DNA of 64,000 nt, taken from positions 1 to 64,000 of the IMG/VR virus record IMGVR_UViG_3300028178_000001; one strand, given 5' to 3'. The position numbers were made by a program, and so were the translations under genes. Position 1 is the first letter of the stretch. The number at the start of each line of letters is the position of its first letter. The notes beneath the pieces are model-generated. The model ran no database searches and was not told where the DNA came from. It saw only the letters and a program-made list of their open reading frames with translations. Positions 9,019-18,652 of this stretch are shown here, piece by piece. The DNA is from a virus.

Positions 9019-11420
9019 TGAAAACAAATATAAAAAACGGTTTAAAATTAAACGGCATCGAGTTATTAAGATTCCAAGAATTGATAAATCGCAATCATTA
9101 CAATGGGCTAGATGCTCTTGTTGAAACTTACGGATTATTGGTGAGCAAAACCGATATAAGCACTTACGGAGCAGAATGGTTGACACAAAAAGTAAGTGAT
9201 TGGTATCTTGAAATTAGCCCAGGGAAAGGCATAGTGAAAGGACCGGACGGGAATCCTCACAAGATAGCGTTGACATCTCCCTTTAGCATTGGAGTTTCAA
9301 CGTATTCAGCCGGAGAATATAAACTTTTGGTTAGCTTTGCGTCAACTAATTATGAAGAAGGAATAGTAAACATATCAAACGAAAGTGATATTGTTTATGG
9401 CGAACAGACAAAGTTTACAGAAATATTTGGAGTGAACAGAAAAATTATTATTAGCAATGTTGCTTACAATATTCTTTCGGTACAATCAGATAATCAACTA
9501 ACGTTAGAAGAATCTTATGTTGGGGCAGAGGTTATGGATGCACAGTTCAAAGTGGGAGGGTGGATTATTCCAGACCCGGGAGTAGCGGACAGCATAATTT
9601 ATGAATATGACACACTTGCTTTTAGATTAACAACCGGCGCACCAACGGCAATAGAATATAAACTTGCCGATATTGTGATAGGAGGAACAGAGATTGAAAG
9701 CGTTACAGACGCAAGATCGGTGAATATATTCAAGTTGTTTCTAAATACTCCAACAATTTTAGGAACACCGGCAAGCACATTCCAGGTTGGGGGGAGATAT
9801 GTTGAGTTGGAAGAGGATATCCCACAGCCTATTGTGAATTTAAGAATAACCGATATTACAGGGATTAAACTAACATATGTTGAAACTGCTGATAATATTA
9901 GAGATAAGATTAGCGATGAAGCCTTTTCTTATTCTGCCAATAAACTTAGGATATTTTTCAAGTGGGGATATGATGATGTAGTTGGAACCGGAGCGGTAAA
10001 CACTTTTACCATTACCAATAAAACTTTTACGCTAAATGAATTGGAAAATTATTTTATTTATATCCCTCTCTTGTCGAAAAAACTTCTTATTGAATCCAAC
10101 TTAGCAACGGTAGGCGGATCAACTGTTTTAACCGTTAAGGAAGAAGGGGGAGGAGATTGGGACGGAATCGGAGTAGTGGTTACATCCGAAAACCCGGTAA
10201 TAATTTACAATGGAGCGGATGAATATAATTTTGTAGTGGTTCCGCAGCTTAATTCGGTTTATGACTACGCCGGAGCAGTCGAAAAGAATATAAAATTTAC
10301 TTCGGGAAGAGCACAAAACATTACCCTAGACCTTGAAATCGGGACCAAATATCTTGTGAAAGCAAGAGCCGGTGCGAAAGGGAAATTTAATAATTTCGTT
10401 GAAATGAGCGCGGGTACTTTCACTAAATATTCCGCTAGTCAATCTTATGCGAAACCATTTTTAGTAAAGCATCCGGACATTCCAACTGCGGGAGCGGTTG
10501 GTTCTGTAGCAACAAGAAATGGTTTTAGGGTAGATATTTCGGGTTGGAGCGAAGCAGAGCAATTTGAGATTGTTTACACTACAAAGAACAGCGGTGCGAG
10601 TTTTACCGATGTTGAACAAGAGCATAGAACAATTTATAACAGTAAATATGCAGGGCATAAGTATTTAGATATTCCAACTTCCATAAGTGCAAATTATAAT
10701 ATTTCGGTAAGACCTTTAATAGCCGGTCAGCAAGTTTCAGCGCCATTAACCACAAGTGTGGTTTCGGGAAGTGCCGGAAATTTGCCAGGAGATCAAGTTA
10801 TTACAAGTGTCTATATTAATCACAGAACCTTTAGCGGTTCACTGAGTTGGAACAATTCGCTTGGTATTGGTACATTATCAACCGTGGTTACCCCGGCATC
10901 CGGTACGCAATCAGTAACAAGTTTGCCGGAATTAGAAGGCTGTATATTAACAGACAGCGCCGGGCATGATTTTATTATATCAAGCGTTCTTAGCAGTTTA
11001 TCTATTGAACTAAGTAATTTGGCTGGTGCAAGCTTTACACCGGCGGACGGAGCGTTTACAATTGGAGTAAGTGAAAGGGGAAGATTAGCATTCCAAAGCA
11101 ACAAGGCTACAATCGATTATGAGATTGTCCGTGTAGATATTGATTGCGACGTGAAAAGAGGCGAAAATCTAACGCTAAGAATTTATCAAATTGCAAATAA
11201 AGCGAGTTATGATTCAATCGTAATTACAACCGGGGATACACCGTTTACTATGGATTGCGATGTGCTGCTGTTAGGAGTGTTCGGAGATCGTAATTTAGCG
11301 ATAGATTTTTTTGATCCGGCAACTAGCGGAGCCTTAAACAAGGGATGTTTTTCCGGGCAAATTACGGTTTTTGCAAGACCCGTTTTTACCCGTATGGATG
11401 GACCAACGGTTGTACAATAG
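9018..11420 (+). CDS. Large tail/baseplate structural protein with FnIII/Ig-like segments
   Basis: 800 aa, beta-rich, located after baseplate genes. Confidence 0.55.
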   Translation: MKTNIKNGLKLNGIELLRFQELINRNHYNGLDALVETYGLLVSKTDISTYGAEWLTQKVSDWYLEISPGKGIVKGPDGNPHKIALTSPFSIGVSTYSAGEYKLLVSFASTNYEEGIVNISNESDIVYGEQTKFTEIFGVNRKIIISNVAYNILSVQSDNQLTLEESYVGAEVMDAQFKVGGWIIPDPGVADSIIYEYDTLAFRLTTGAPTAIEYKLADIVIGGTEIESVTDARSVNIFKLFLNTPTILGTPASTFQVGGRYVELEEDIPQPIVNLRITDITGIKLTYVETADNIRDKISDEAFSYSANKLRIFFKWGYDDVVGTGAVNTFTITNKTFTLNELENYFIYIPLLSKKLLIESNLATVGGSTVLTVKEEGGGDWDGIGVVVTSENPVIIYNGADEYNFVVVPQLNSVYDYAGAVEKNIKFTSGRAQNITLDLEIGTKYLVKARAGAKGKFNNFVEMSAGTFTKYSASQSYAKPFLVKHPDIPTAGAVGSVATRNGFRVDISGWSEAEQFEIVYTTKNSGASFTDVEQEHRTIYNSKYAGHKYLDIPTSISANYNISVRPLIAGQQVSAPLTTSVVSGSAGNLPGDQVITSVYINHRTFSGSLSWNNSLGIGTLSTVVTPASGTQSVTSLPELEGCILTDSAGHDFIISSVLSSLSIELSNLAGASFTPADGAFTIGVSERGRLAFQSNKATIDYEIVRVDIDCDVKRGENLTLRIYQIANKASYDSIVITTGDTPFTMDCDVLLLGVFGDRNLAIDFFDPATSGALNKGCFSGQITVFARPVFTRMDGPTVVQ

Positions 11421-11435
11421 AGAAAATTATAAATT

Positions 11436-12551
11436 ATGATCACACAATTTAATATAGCGGATACAGTTAAAATATTTGGTACAAAGCGTTATGGCAACGG
11501 TTCACCAAATATTGCTTGTTTGGTTATTTTGTTTAGCGAGGTTACGGGCTTAGAAGCAGCAAGAACTACAACAAACAAGTTAGGTTATTACGAGTTTGTG
11601 TTCAATATCTCCGGTTTTGTTTTCGGTAATTACCAGGTACAGTTTTACGGAAGTGACACGAAACAAAAGTGGACACCATTGGGAGATTGGGAGATAATTC
11701 AAATCGGTGACCCGAAGGAGACAACATTAGTTTTTAACCAGCTTCCAACGGTTGTAATAAGTGAAAGCACAACGGCACAAGATAAGACAGTCGACGTAAA
11801 TAAAAATGAAATGACAACTGTTAAAATTGATCTGAGCAATATTGACATAAAGAGTGGGGAAATAGCCTTGTTGATAGTTTTCTGTATGGAGCATACCGAA
11901 GGATTGACCGAAGAGCAGAGAGTTGAAAAACTGAGATTGTTCAGGAGTTTCAAAGTTCAAGCAATTGATGGAGTTACTGAGTACACATTTAAGAATGAGA
12001 TAAAACTTTATGATAAACCGTGTTATTATGATTTCAGGGTGCAGTTTATAGGCAGAAATTTACTCTATAGCCCGGATGCAGAGGGGAAACCAGCAAAGAT
12101 AGACTTGGATAACGTTGGGTTTGATGGTTTGGAAGATCTAACGGAATATTTCGGTGTTTATAATGCAAGGTTGATTAATGGGGTTGAGGGAGCAGATGCA
12201 GAAAGTATATTTGCTAAAATCGATTGGCTAGAGTTTAGAAATCAATCAAAAACGTATTTCGATGCGGCAAGAGAAGTTAGAAGCGGATTTGATGATAGCG
12301 TAAAAATGTTAACATATAATCAAACACGGCTAATAACTTCTTATGTTGTTTATCTGTTTGTGAGCGAGAGTAATACGTTGCCGGCAAATCTTTATCCCGG
12401 GAATGGAGATTTATGGTATTTCTGCGGAGAGTTTAGTTCGAACTCGGCAGAGATAAGATGCCCCGTTGGTAAATGGTGCGGGTTTTGGGTTGGATTTAGG
12501 CTAAGAGATGTTAAAGAAAGTGGAATCAATAAGAATATACTAAGTTATTAG
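11436..12551 (+). CDS. Tail-associated protein (paralog of 12561-13505)
   Basis: C-terminus 'YVVYLFVS..YP..WYFCGE...IRCP' parallels that of the next gene. Confidence 0.5.
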   Translation: MITQFNIADTVKIFGTKRYGNGSPNIACLVILFSEVTGLEAARTTTNKLGYYEFVFNISGFVFGNYQVQFYGSDTKQKWTPLGDWEIIQIGDPKETTLVFNQLPTVVISESTTAQDKTVDVNKNEMTTVKIDLSNIDIKSGEIALLIVFCMEHTEGLTEEQRVEKLRLFRSFKVQAIDGVTEYTFKNEIKLYDKPCYYDFRVQFIGRNLLYSPDAEGKPAKIDLDNVGFDGLEDLTEYFGVYNARLINGVEGADAESIFAKIDWLEFRNQSKTYFDAAREVRSGFDDSVKMLTYNQTRLITSYVVYLFVSESNTLPANLYPGNGDLWYFCGEFSSNSAEIRCPVGKWCGFWVGFRLRDVKESGINKNILSY

Positions 12552-12560
12552 GAGAAAGAG

Positions 12561-13505
12561 ATGTCAACAACAGACGGTTTTATAGGGATGTTTAGGGTAC
12601 CTGAACCAGGAGTAACTGTACCAAAAATTACAGACATTAGTGCCGCTACAATTGTAGTAACTGAGATTGTGGAACTCATAGGATCAAGAGCATTCCCTAG
12701 GGCTAAAATTGATATAGGTAATGTGGACATTGTGGAGGGAGCAATAACCGGCGTGTGCATTGAATATCAACTCAGTACGGGCACATGGCAGCCTGATGAG
12801 GTGACTATAGTATCGACATTTCCGGTTAGTTGGTCCGGCGCAGATCAAGGCGGAACATTTAAAATCGGGGGGATACAGTATGTGGAAGAAGGGTTAAATA
12901 GTGATTTCAGAGTTTACTTCATTAACACCGACGGAGAAAAAGCTGTAGATTTAGCAACAGGAAAAGTTATTGGAGTTGCTCCTACGGCAGGAGCTGGTTG
13001 GTTGGAAATTGATGATGTTACTTTTGATGGGCATCCGGATCTTGCAGAATTTCCGATGGTATTAGACTTGCGGGCAGTTAACGCTTCTAACACCGAAGGG
13101 ATTCTTTCTTTTACAACACCGGCGAACATTCCAAATTCCGGCATAATGAAGCTTGCATGGAAAGACATGAAGAGGGAGATAGCTAAAACTGCACATCCTA
13201 TGGCAAATGGGACAACTGCCAATGTACCGATTGAAGCCTGGAGAAAGTTTGACAAATATATTGTATTTATGTTCATAGCTGCTACCGGTATCCCTTCGAC
13301 CACATATCCGTGGAGTTCTGAAACTACCGGGACCTGGTATGCAGTAGCCGAAACGGCGAACAATTTTATTGATATAGATTGCCCTAAGAATAAAAAGATA
13401 TGTTTTTGTGTAGCTTGTAAATTGTGGTTGTCCGGAGATACTACTGTAATTGGTGGTACATCCACAACCGCAGCATTACCCAATATTGCATATGTAACAT
13501 ATTAA
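12561..13505 (+). CDS. Tail-associated protein
   Basis: 314 aa; AGGAG RBS; C-terminus 'YIVFMFIA..YP..WYAVAE...IDCP'. Confidence 0.5.
   Translation: MSTTDGFIGMFRVPEPGVTVPKITDISAATIVVTEIVELIGSRAFPRAKIDIGNVDIVEGAITGVCIEYQLSTGTWQPDEVTIVSTFPVSWSGADQGGTFKIGGIQYVEEGLNSDFRVYFINTDGEKAVDLATGKVIGVAPTAGAGWLEIDDVTFDGHPDLAEFPMVLDLRAVNASNTEGILSFTTPANIPNSGIMKLAWKDMKREIAKTAHPMANGTTANVPIEAWRKFDKYIVFMFIAATGIPSTTYPWSSETTGTWYAVAETANNFIDIDCPKNKKICFCVACKLWLSGDTTVIGGTSTTAALPNIAYVTY
12562..12594 (+). repeat. 33-bp direct repeat, copy 1
   Basis: TGTCAACAACAGACGGTTTTATAGGGATGTTTA, identical to 14023-14055. Confidence 0.95.
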
Positions 13506-13525
13506 TAAGGTTAAGGAGAAATACA

Positions 13526-14020
13526 ATGGCTAATTTAAATTATGTGTTTTATACTAAGTTTTATAAAAGCGTTCCGTTATTTTTCATACAACAGAACAGT
13601 GAAGGAAAATATTATTCGGTTGCGTTAAATGATACAGAATATATTGTTTTGTTCCGTAACGAACACCAAGCAAAGTTATTCAGAAAAGAAATTGGCTTAG
13701 AAGAGAATTCAGTTATTCTCTCAAAGAAATTTGATGAGGAGAAGGCTATTTTAATAACTAATGTAAAGGGATTTATAAAGGATATAAAGTTAGAAGATGA
13801 AGAGGAAAACAAAATCCATCTAAATAATTTCTACAAGAGAAAGTTAAAGAGATTAGTGGAAAACTTGGATGCTGAGTATTCCGAGATCAAAGCTTTCCAT
13901 TTGGACGAGAATGAAAAAGAGCCAAGTGACAAGTATAAAAGCTTGCTGGTAAAAACAGTAGAAATTCAAGGAAGCATTTTCAAATTGAAAAAAGAATTTA
14001 ATTTTTTGTTAGAGGTGTAG
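13526..14020 (+). CDS. Hypothetical protein (moron-like)
   Basis: AAGGAG RBS before ATG 13526; charged, helical, unlike the neighbouring beta-rich tail proteins. Confidence 0.55.
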   Translation: MANLNYVFYTKFYKSVPLFFIQQNSEGKYYSVALNDTEYIVLFRNEHQAKLFRKEIGLEENSVILSKKFDEEKAILITNVKGFIKDIKLEDEEENKIHLNNFYKRKLKRLVENLDAEYSEIKAFHLDENEKEPSDKYKSLLVKTVEIQGSIFKLKKEFNFLLEV

Positions 14021-14021
14021 C

Positions 14022-15458
14022 TTGTCAACAACAGACGGTTTTATAGGGATGTTTAAAGTTGATAATACTGTTGTTGACTTGCAAAACAAAACCCAAAAAT
14101 TATCGGCCAGCGGCAATGTTGCAGCGCCAATACAAATAGCTACGGGGGGAAGATTTGAAACCGCAGTTTCTTCTGAAGTGACAGCCGCAGTTACAATACC
14201 TACTACAGGGACTGTAACAGTATTTTTAAATGACACTTCAAACTTCCCTCCAAGTGGGACAGCCAATGCGGAGACGGCAACCGGTTTACAAGCTTTTACC
14301 TATACAGGGAAAGATGATGAAATCTCCAAATTAACAGGATGCGTTACAACGGCATTGTTAGGAGGTGCTGTTCCATTAGCGGTTGGTGATACTATCACGA
14401 TAGGTTCTGCCCTTGGACTGCTTTATTCTTTAGGTTTGAAAGTGCTGAATGGGATAATAAAGGGGACTAAAATAATTGGTTCATCCTTAATAAGTTCTAT
14501 AATTGAAACCGGAGAATCCAGCAATAAAATAGGCTTATATAGTTCTGATAATTCTCTTAGGTTTTATACTTTTTACTATAATGGTTCTCCAATAACAATC
14601 AAAACATGGGATCTTGAATATCCGGGGTATTATGAACGAGGGATAAAAATGGTGAACCCTGCAAGCGGAACTATATTAATAAAAATAACCACCGGTGGAG
14701 ATGGAGCGGTCACTTATTTTGAAACTATCGAGATAAATTCATCGGTTCAAATAAATGGTGATTTGCATGTTGCGAATGAGTTAGCTGTCGGGGCTACAAA
14801 GTTTCTTGTAAATTCATCAGGACAAATAACTTTAGTAAATAATATTGGCCCAACGGCTAAAAAAGTATTAATAGGAGACGGGACAAGTTTTACCCCAAGG
14901 TTATTAGCTCTTGCAGATTTACCCGCAGTAACGGCTAACAAAGTTTTAATTTCTGATGCAAGCGGATATGTTACTACATCATCGGTTAGCAATGTTGCTC
15001 TCAGTTATTTAGATACAACGAGCAGCATACAAACACAATTGAACGGGAAAGTAAAGTCTTATGATGTTTATAATGGTTACTCTGAAGCTGCAACGGCGGA
15101 CAATGCAACGGCGGCAACTATTGGGATATGGTCACAGTCAACTGGCAAGGGGTTAAAATTAAGAACATTTTATCGACATAAAGTCGGGAATTTAAATTTA
15201 CGGATACTCGGGAATTTAGGAGGGGGGACAGAGGGAGTAATGGCAACGATGTATTTAAAGGTTGGGGCGCTAACTGAAGTTTCAGTCGCGTATAGTGTGC
15301 CGGCAGGGTTAGCTAATTCGCTTAAAAATGTTGTAGCCGGGGTAAGTGATTTAACAGATGGGAATGTTTATGAAATCTTAGTTTCTTTGGAGGATACATC
15401 AGTAGTTGGCAATGCTTATTTGAAAAAAGACATCGTCATTTCAGTAGAAAATTTTTAA
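14022..15458 (+). CDS. Tail fibre protein
   Basis: Thr/Gly/Ser-rich; 'ANKVLISDASGYV..S.VS..LSYLD.TSSIQTQLNGK' fibre motif; TTG start. Confidence 0.65.
   Translation: MSTTDGFIGMFKVDNTVVDLQNKTQKLSASGNVAAPIQIATGGRFETAVSSEVTAAVTIPTTGTVTVFLNDTSNFPPSGTANAETATGLQAFTYTGKDDEISKLTGCVTTALLGGAVPLAVGDTITIGSALGLLYSLGLKVLNGIIKGTKIIGSSLISSIIETGESSNKIGLYSSDNSLRFYTFYYNGSPITIKTWDLEYPGYYERGIKMVNPASGTILIKITTGGDGAVTYFETIEINSSVQINGDLHVANELAVGATKFLVNSSGQITLVNNIGPTAKKVLIGDGTSFTPRLLALADLPAVTANKVLISDASGYVTTSSVSNVALSYLDTTSSIQTQLNGKVKSYDVYNGYSEAATADNATAATIGIWSQSTGKGLKLRTFYRHKVGNLNLRILGNLGGGTEGVMATMYLKVGALTEVSVAYSVPAGLANSLKNVVAGVSDLTDGNVYEILVSLEDTSVVGNAYLKKDIVISVENF
14023..14055 (+). repeat. 33-bp direct repeat, copy 2
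   Basis: Identical to 12562-12594. Confidence 0.95.
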
Positions 15459-15467
15459 AGGTGATTT

Positions 15468-16070
15468 ATGAAAAATGTAATATTAATTTGTTTGTTTGTT
15501 GTAATGGGAGTGTTGGGGTATTTGTATTTTGACAACCTTTCCTTACTTGACGATCAGGATTCTAAAATTGAGGCTCAACTTAAAGAGAATGCAAAAATTT
15601 CAGCAAAATATGATTCACTTACCAGGGCTAGAAAAGATAGCATTATAACGATAGACCATTATATTTACGCTGAAGGGAAAAAGAAAGAGGAAGCGAAGGA
15701 AGAGATACAAAACACATCCAATGTTGATAGTGTAATTGCTAATTATGAAAAGTACCGGCCCGGAGAAAGCGGGATGAAGGCAATCGACAGTAATAGTATT
15801 ACCATAAGCAAAGATGAGGCGAAATTTGCTACGGGAAAGTATATTGATTTGAATTTTCTTAACACTATTAAGGTGCCGGGCATTGAAGAAAAGATAGGGA
15901 TGCTGAAAAGGGTTGCAGATGATAGAGATTCAGTAATTTTTGTTAAAGATAATTCGATATCTCTTCTAATGGATGAGGTTAAAAACTTAACCCCATCATT
16001 TTGGAGTAAGGTGATTAAGTGGATAATAATACTTGGTTCTTTCGGGGCTGGTTATTTACTTGGGACATGA
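15468..16070 (+). CDS. Membrane-anchored coiled-coil protein, possible spanin-like lysis protein
   Basis: N- and C-terminal hydrophobic segments; last late gene before att. Confidence 0.4.
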   Translation: MKNVILICLFVVMGVLGYLYFDNLSLLDDQDSKIEAQLKENAKISAKYDSLTRARKDSIITIDHYIYAEGKKKEEAKEEIQNTSNVDSVIANYEKYRPGESGMKAIDSNSITISKDEAKFATGKYIDLNFLNTIKVPGIEEKIGMLKRVADDRDSVIFVKDNSISLLMDEVKNLTPSFWSKVIKWIIILGSFGAGYLLGT

Positions 16071-16336
16071 TTGCCCCATTTTGCCCCCGAACGGAGAAAC
16101 GGGAGAGGGAATAAGAGTTACTATATATTTATACTTATGTGTTAACGTTTAGAAATTTGGAATAAAACGTAATTTTCGATATTTTTGTGAGGCTTAAAAG
16201 ATACGAATTTTCTTGACGTGCAGAAGGTCATAGGTTCGAATCCTATAGAGCCCACAAAGGATAAGTTATTATAAAATAGACAATTAAAAGCTCTCACAAT
16301 CAAATCCATCTTTCTCGTTTGCCCCATTATTGCCCC
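16071..16336. other. attP: tRNA-derived core with flanking integrase arm-type repeats
   Basis: TTGCCCCATTTTGCCCC (16071) and TTGCCCCATTATTGCCCC (16319) bracket a tRNA 3' half; located at the integrase 3' end. Confidence 0.8.
16212..16255 (+). tRNA. 3' half of tRNA-Val(GAC), att core (not a complete tRNA)
   Basis: Loop TT-GAC-GT, stem strand GCAGA, variable loop AGGTC, T-arm ATAGG-TTCGAAT-CCTAT, acceptor strand AGAGCCC-A; no D-arm or 5' acceptor strand upstream. Confidence 0.85.
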
Positions 16337-17379
16337 GCTTCTATTTGAAATGTAACCTTTTCTAAGTCTTTTCGCATCTCATCTGTACTAATTCTCCGGT
16401 AGTGTTTCGCAGCGGTTTCCGCTGAATGGCCTACTAATTCCGCAATGCTTTCCACCCGGGCAGATTGTTCGAATGCAATAGTTTCAAATGTTTTTCTAGG
16501 AGTACGAAGCGTATAGCCCTTGCCAGTGAGTTTAACATCTTTCCCCGCTAAAAATCTTCTAAATGCCGTTCCCATTTCATCCGTACTGGAATAGTTTATT
16601 ATTCTTCCATGTTTTACTTCTACAATTCTTTTTGCTAGAATTGGAAGAAGCTTGGAATGAATGGGCCGGATCTTCTCAATCTTACCTTTTTGGGAATAGT
16701 AAAGAAATATCCCCTTAACAAGGTCAATCTCTTTTACTTCAATTTTATAAATATCAGTAGGGCGTAAACCGGTATAGAAGAGCATATACATCATAGTTTG
16801 AAAATTCGTGTTTTTCTTTTGGAGAGCTGCAAATATTTTAGCAATATCTTCAGTTGAAAAAACAATTATTTTGGAGATCTTCGGGGAAGTGATAACATCT
16901 TTGTTCAACCTAAAAGCATTGGGGATATAACCGTACTCGAATAGGAAGTTTAGGAACCTCTTCATGTTCTTGCAGATGTTCGCTTTTGTGTTATGCGCGT
17001 ACTTCCATTCTTTAACTTCATTGAGAAAATCTTCTACGGAGTATTTTGTAAGTATCGAACAATCGGAATCCGGAGGAAAAGCTTTAATGAGCTTGGAGAA
17101 GAAATTATTATACTCATAAATAGTTTTACTGTTTTTCTGTTTATTGTTTCTTAGGTAATGATTGAATGCAGATTGGAGGGGAACGTTTGATGAGGGCAGC
17201 TGAGGATTTGCGGTTTTCTGCATCCGTTCATAATCGAAAATAGTTTGAAACTGACTTGCCAGGTGTTTATCCTCTTTGAGAATTCCGGTAGATTTTTCTA
17301 TCCGTTTCCCATCCTCGATATATCGAATATAAATATAGGGAGACCCCTTTTTATCAAACCGGAGTTTACTTTTGCTCAT
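16327..17379 (-). CDS. int: Tyrosine recombinase / phage integrase
   Basis: 'YTGLRPTD', 'QKGK', 'RTPRKTF', 'LVGHS', 'KHY' catalytic motifs; N-terminal arm-binding-like 'KSTG'; next to att. Confidence 0.9.
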   Translation of the reverse strand: MSKSKLRFDKKGSPYIYIRYIEDGKRIEKSTGILKEDKHLASQFQTIFDYERMQKTANPQLPSSNVPLQSAFNHYLRNNKQKNSKTIYEYNNFFSKLIKAFPPDSDCSILTKYSVEDFLNEVKEWKYAHNTKANICKNMKRFLNFLFEYGYIPNAFRLNKDVITSPKISKIIVFSTEDIAKIFAALQKKNTNFQTMMYMLFYTGLRPTDIYKIEVKEIDLVKGIFLYYSQKGKIEKIRPIHSKLLPILAKRIVEVKHGRIINYSSTDEMGTAFRRFLAGKDVKLTGKGYTLRTPRKTFETIAFEQSARVESIAELVGHSAETAAKHYRRISTDEMRKDLEKVTFQIEAGQ

Positions 17380-18346
17380 AATTCAAACTAACTTGTGTAT
17401 TACCGTTTGGAGTAACAGCGAAATAATAATTAATTATTAGATGATCACGAAAAACATGGACGGTCCGGATCAGATTTTTTAATACTACACGTTGCGCTTG
17501 GACCGTCATTCCTTCAAATCTACCGAACTTGAATTTGTTAAAATCAAACTTTTCTGTTTTTATTCTGAATTGACTCTCTACTTCAGAAAGTAAAAAGTTT
17601 AGCTTTTTAATTTTATCCGGACTAAAAGAGAGAGAACTGTTAATTGTTTCAATTAATTGTGTAGTCTCTTTTTGTAAATCTTTTATAATTTTTCCACCAG
17701 CTAAGACTATTGCATTTTCTCTAGCCTTGGTGTACTGTTTTATCTTTGCAACGTTTATTCTCTGTGAAGTAACATTCTCCAGGATAAGATTATTTACAAG
17801 CTCTTGCCGGACAAGTTTACTGTTGGGGCATGATGTTGTACCATGAATTTCCTTATTCGCGCAGTTATAATAAAAATCAGTTGTCTTTGTTTTTAACCGT
17901 TTAACGTAGGAGGCCTTTTCCGTGCTATTGCAGTGACCGCAATAAGCAATGTTGAGATCAGAGATTAGGAATACATTTTTACGGGGGCGAGGAACAGATT
18001 TTACCGCACCGATCAATTCAATAAATTTTTCTGATTGTTCCGGAGTAATAATGAGCCCCCAATTGCCGGAGTGTCCGTTTTCATAGAGTCCGGCATAGAA
18101 TTTTAATCTTGCAGCTTTTAGCATATAGCCAATAGATGTAAGAGACCATTGTTTCTTTTTACGAGTAACATACTTAGCCGGTTGCTCATTTAAAAGTCTA
18201 ATTATTTCCTTTGGTTTTTTCCCTCCCTCAAGTGACTTAAAAATAAAGAGAAGGGTATTTTTTTCACTGTTGTTGATAGTAATAACTTTATTTGCCTTAT
18301 CCCATGTATACCCGAAAGGGGCGGGACCGAAACGTAGTTTCTTCAT
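17366..18346 (-). CDS. Recombinase + zinc-ribbon domain protein (large serine recombinase lacking the catalytic domain)
   Basis: Starts at 'GPAPFGY'; 'CGHC...YYNC...CP' Zn ribbon; C-terminal 'LKNLIRTVHV'; no YxRxS resolvase domain; own AAGGAG RBS. Confidence 0.75.
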   Translation of the reverse strand: MKKLRFGPAPFGYTWDKANKVITINNSEKNTLLFIFKSLEGGKKPKEIIRLLNEQPAKYVTRKKKQWSLTSIGYMLKAARLKFYAGLYENGHSGNWGLIITPEQSEKFIELIGAVKSVPRPRKNVFLISDLNIAYCGHCNSTEKASYVKRLKTKTTDFYYNCANKEIHGTTSCPNSKLVRQELVNNLILENVTSQRINVAKIKQYTKARENAIVLAGGKIIKDLQKETTQLIETINSSLSFSPDKIKKLNFLLSEVESQFRIKTEKFDFNKFKFGRFEGMTVQAQRVVLKNLIRTVHVFRDHLIINYYFAVTPNGNTQVSLNYEQK

Positions 18347-18403
18347 TTGAACTCCTTTGAATGTTAGTTCTTATAATATTTTATGTGTTAAAGACTCAGA
18401 GAA

Positions 18404-18652
18404 TTATTCTCTTTTATTTATTTTCAATACCATTAACACTAAACCAATTATTATTACATAAAGCCCGGCATTTGAAACTTTTGCCATAAGCCAAACACCA
18501 AGCGCAATTAATCCAAGTCCATAAATACGTGTAAGCCCTATCGTTACCGCAGATCTCCCAACGCTTGACAACCTTGGAGCGCCGCAATGAGGACAGGCTT
18601 TAGCATCGGTGCTAAGTTCTTTGTCACATTCTAAACATTTTACAAGTGCCAT
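18404..18652 (-). CDS. Zinc-ribbon membrane protein
   Basis: 'CLEC...CPHCGAP' plus two TM helices. Confidence 0.7.
   Translation of the reverse strand: MALVKCLECDKELSTDAKACPHCGAPRLSSVGRSAVTIGLTRIYGLGLIALGVWLMAKVSNAGLYVIIIGLVLMVLKINKRE

Noticed and set aside
16180-16260. Complete phage-encoded tRNA-Val
   Set aside because: There is no 5' acceptor strand or D-arm upstream of the anticodon loop; only the 3' half is present.
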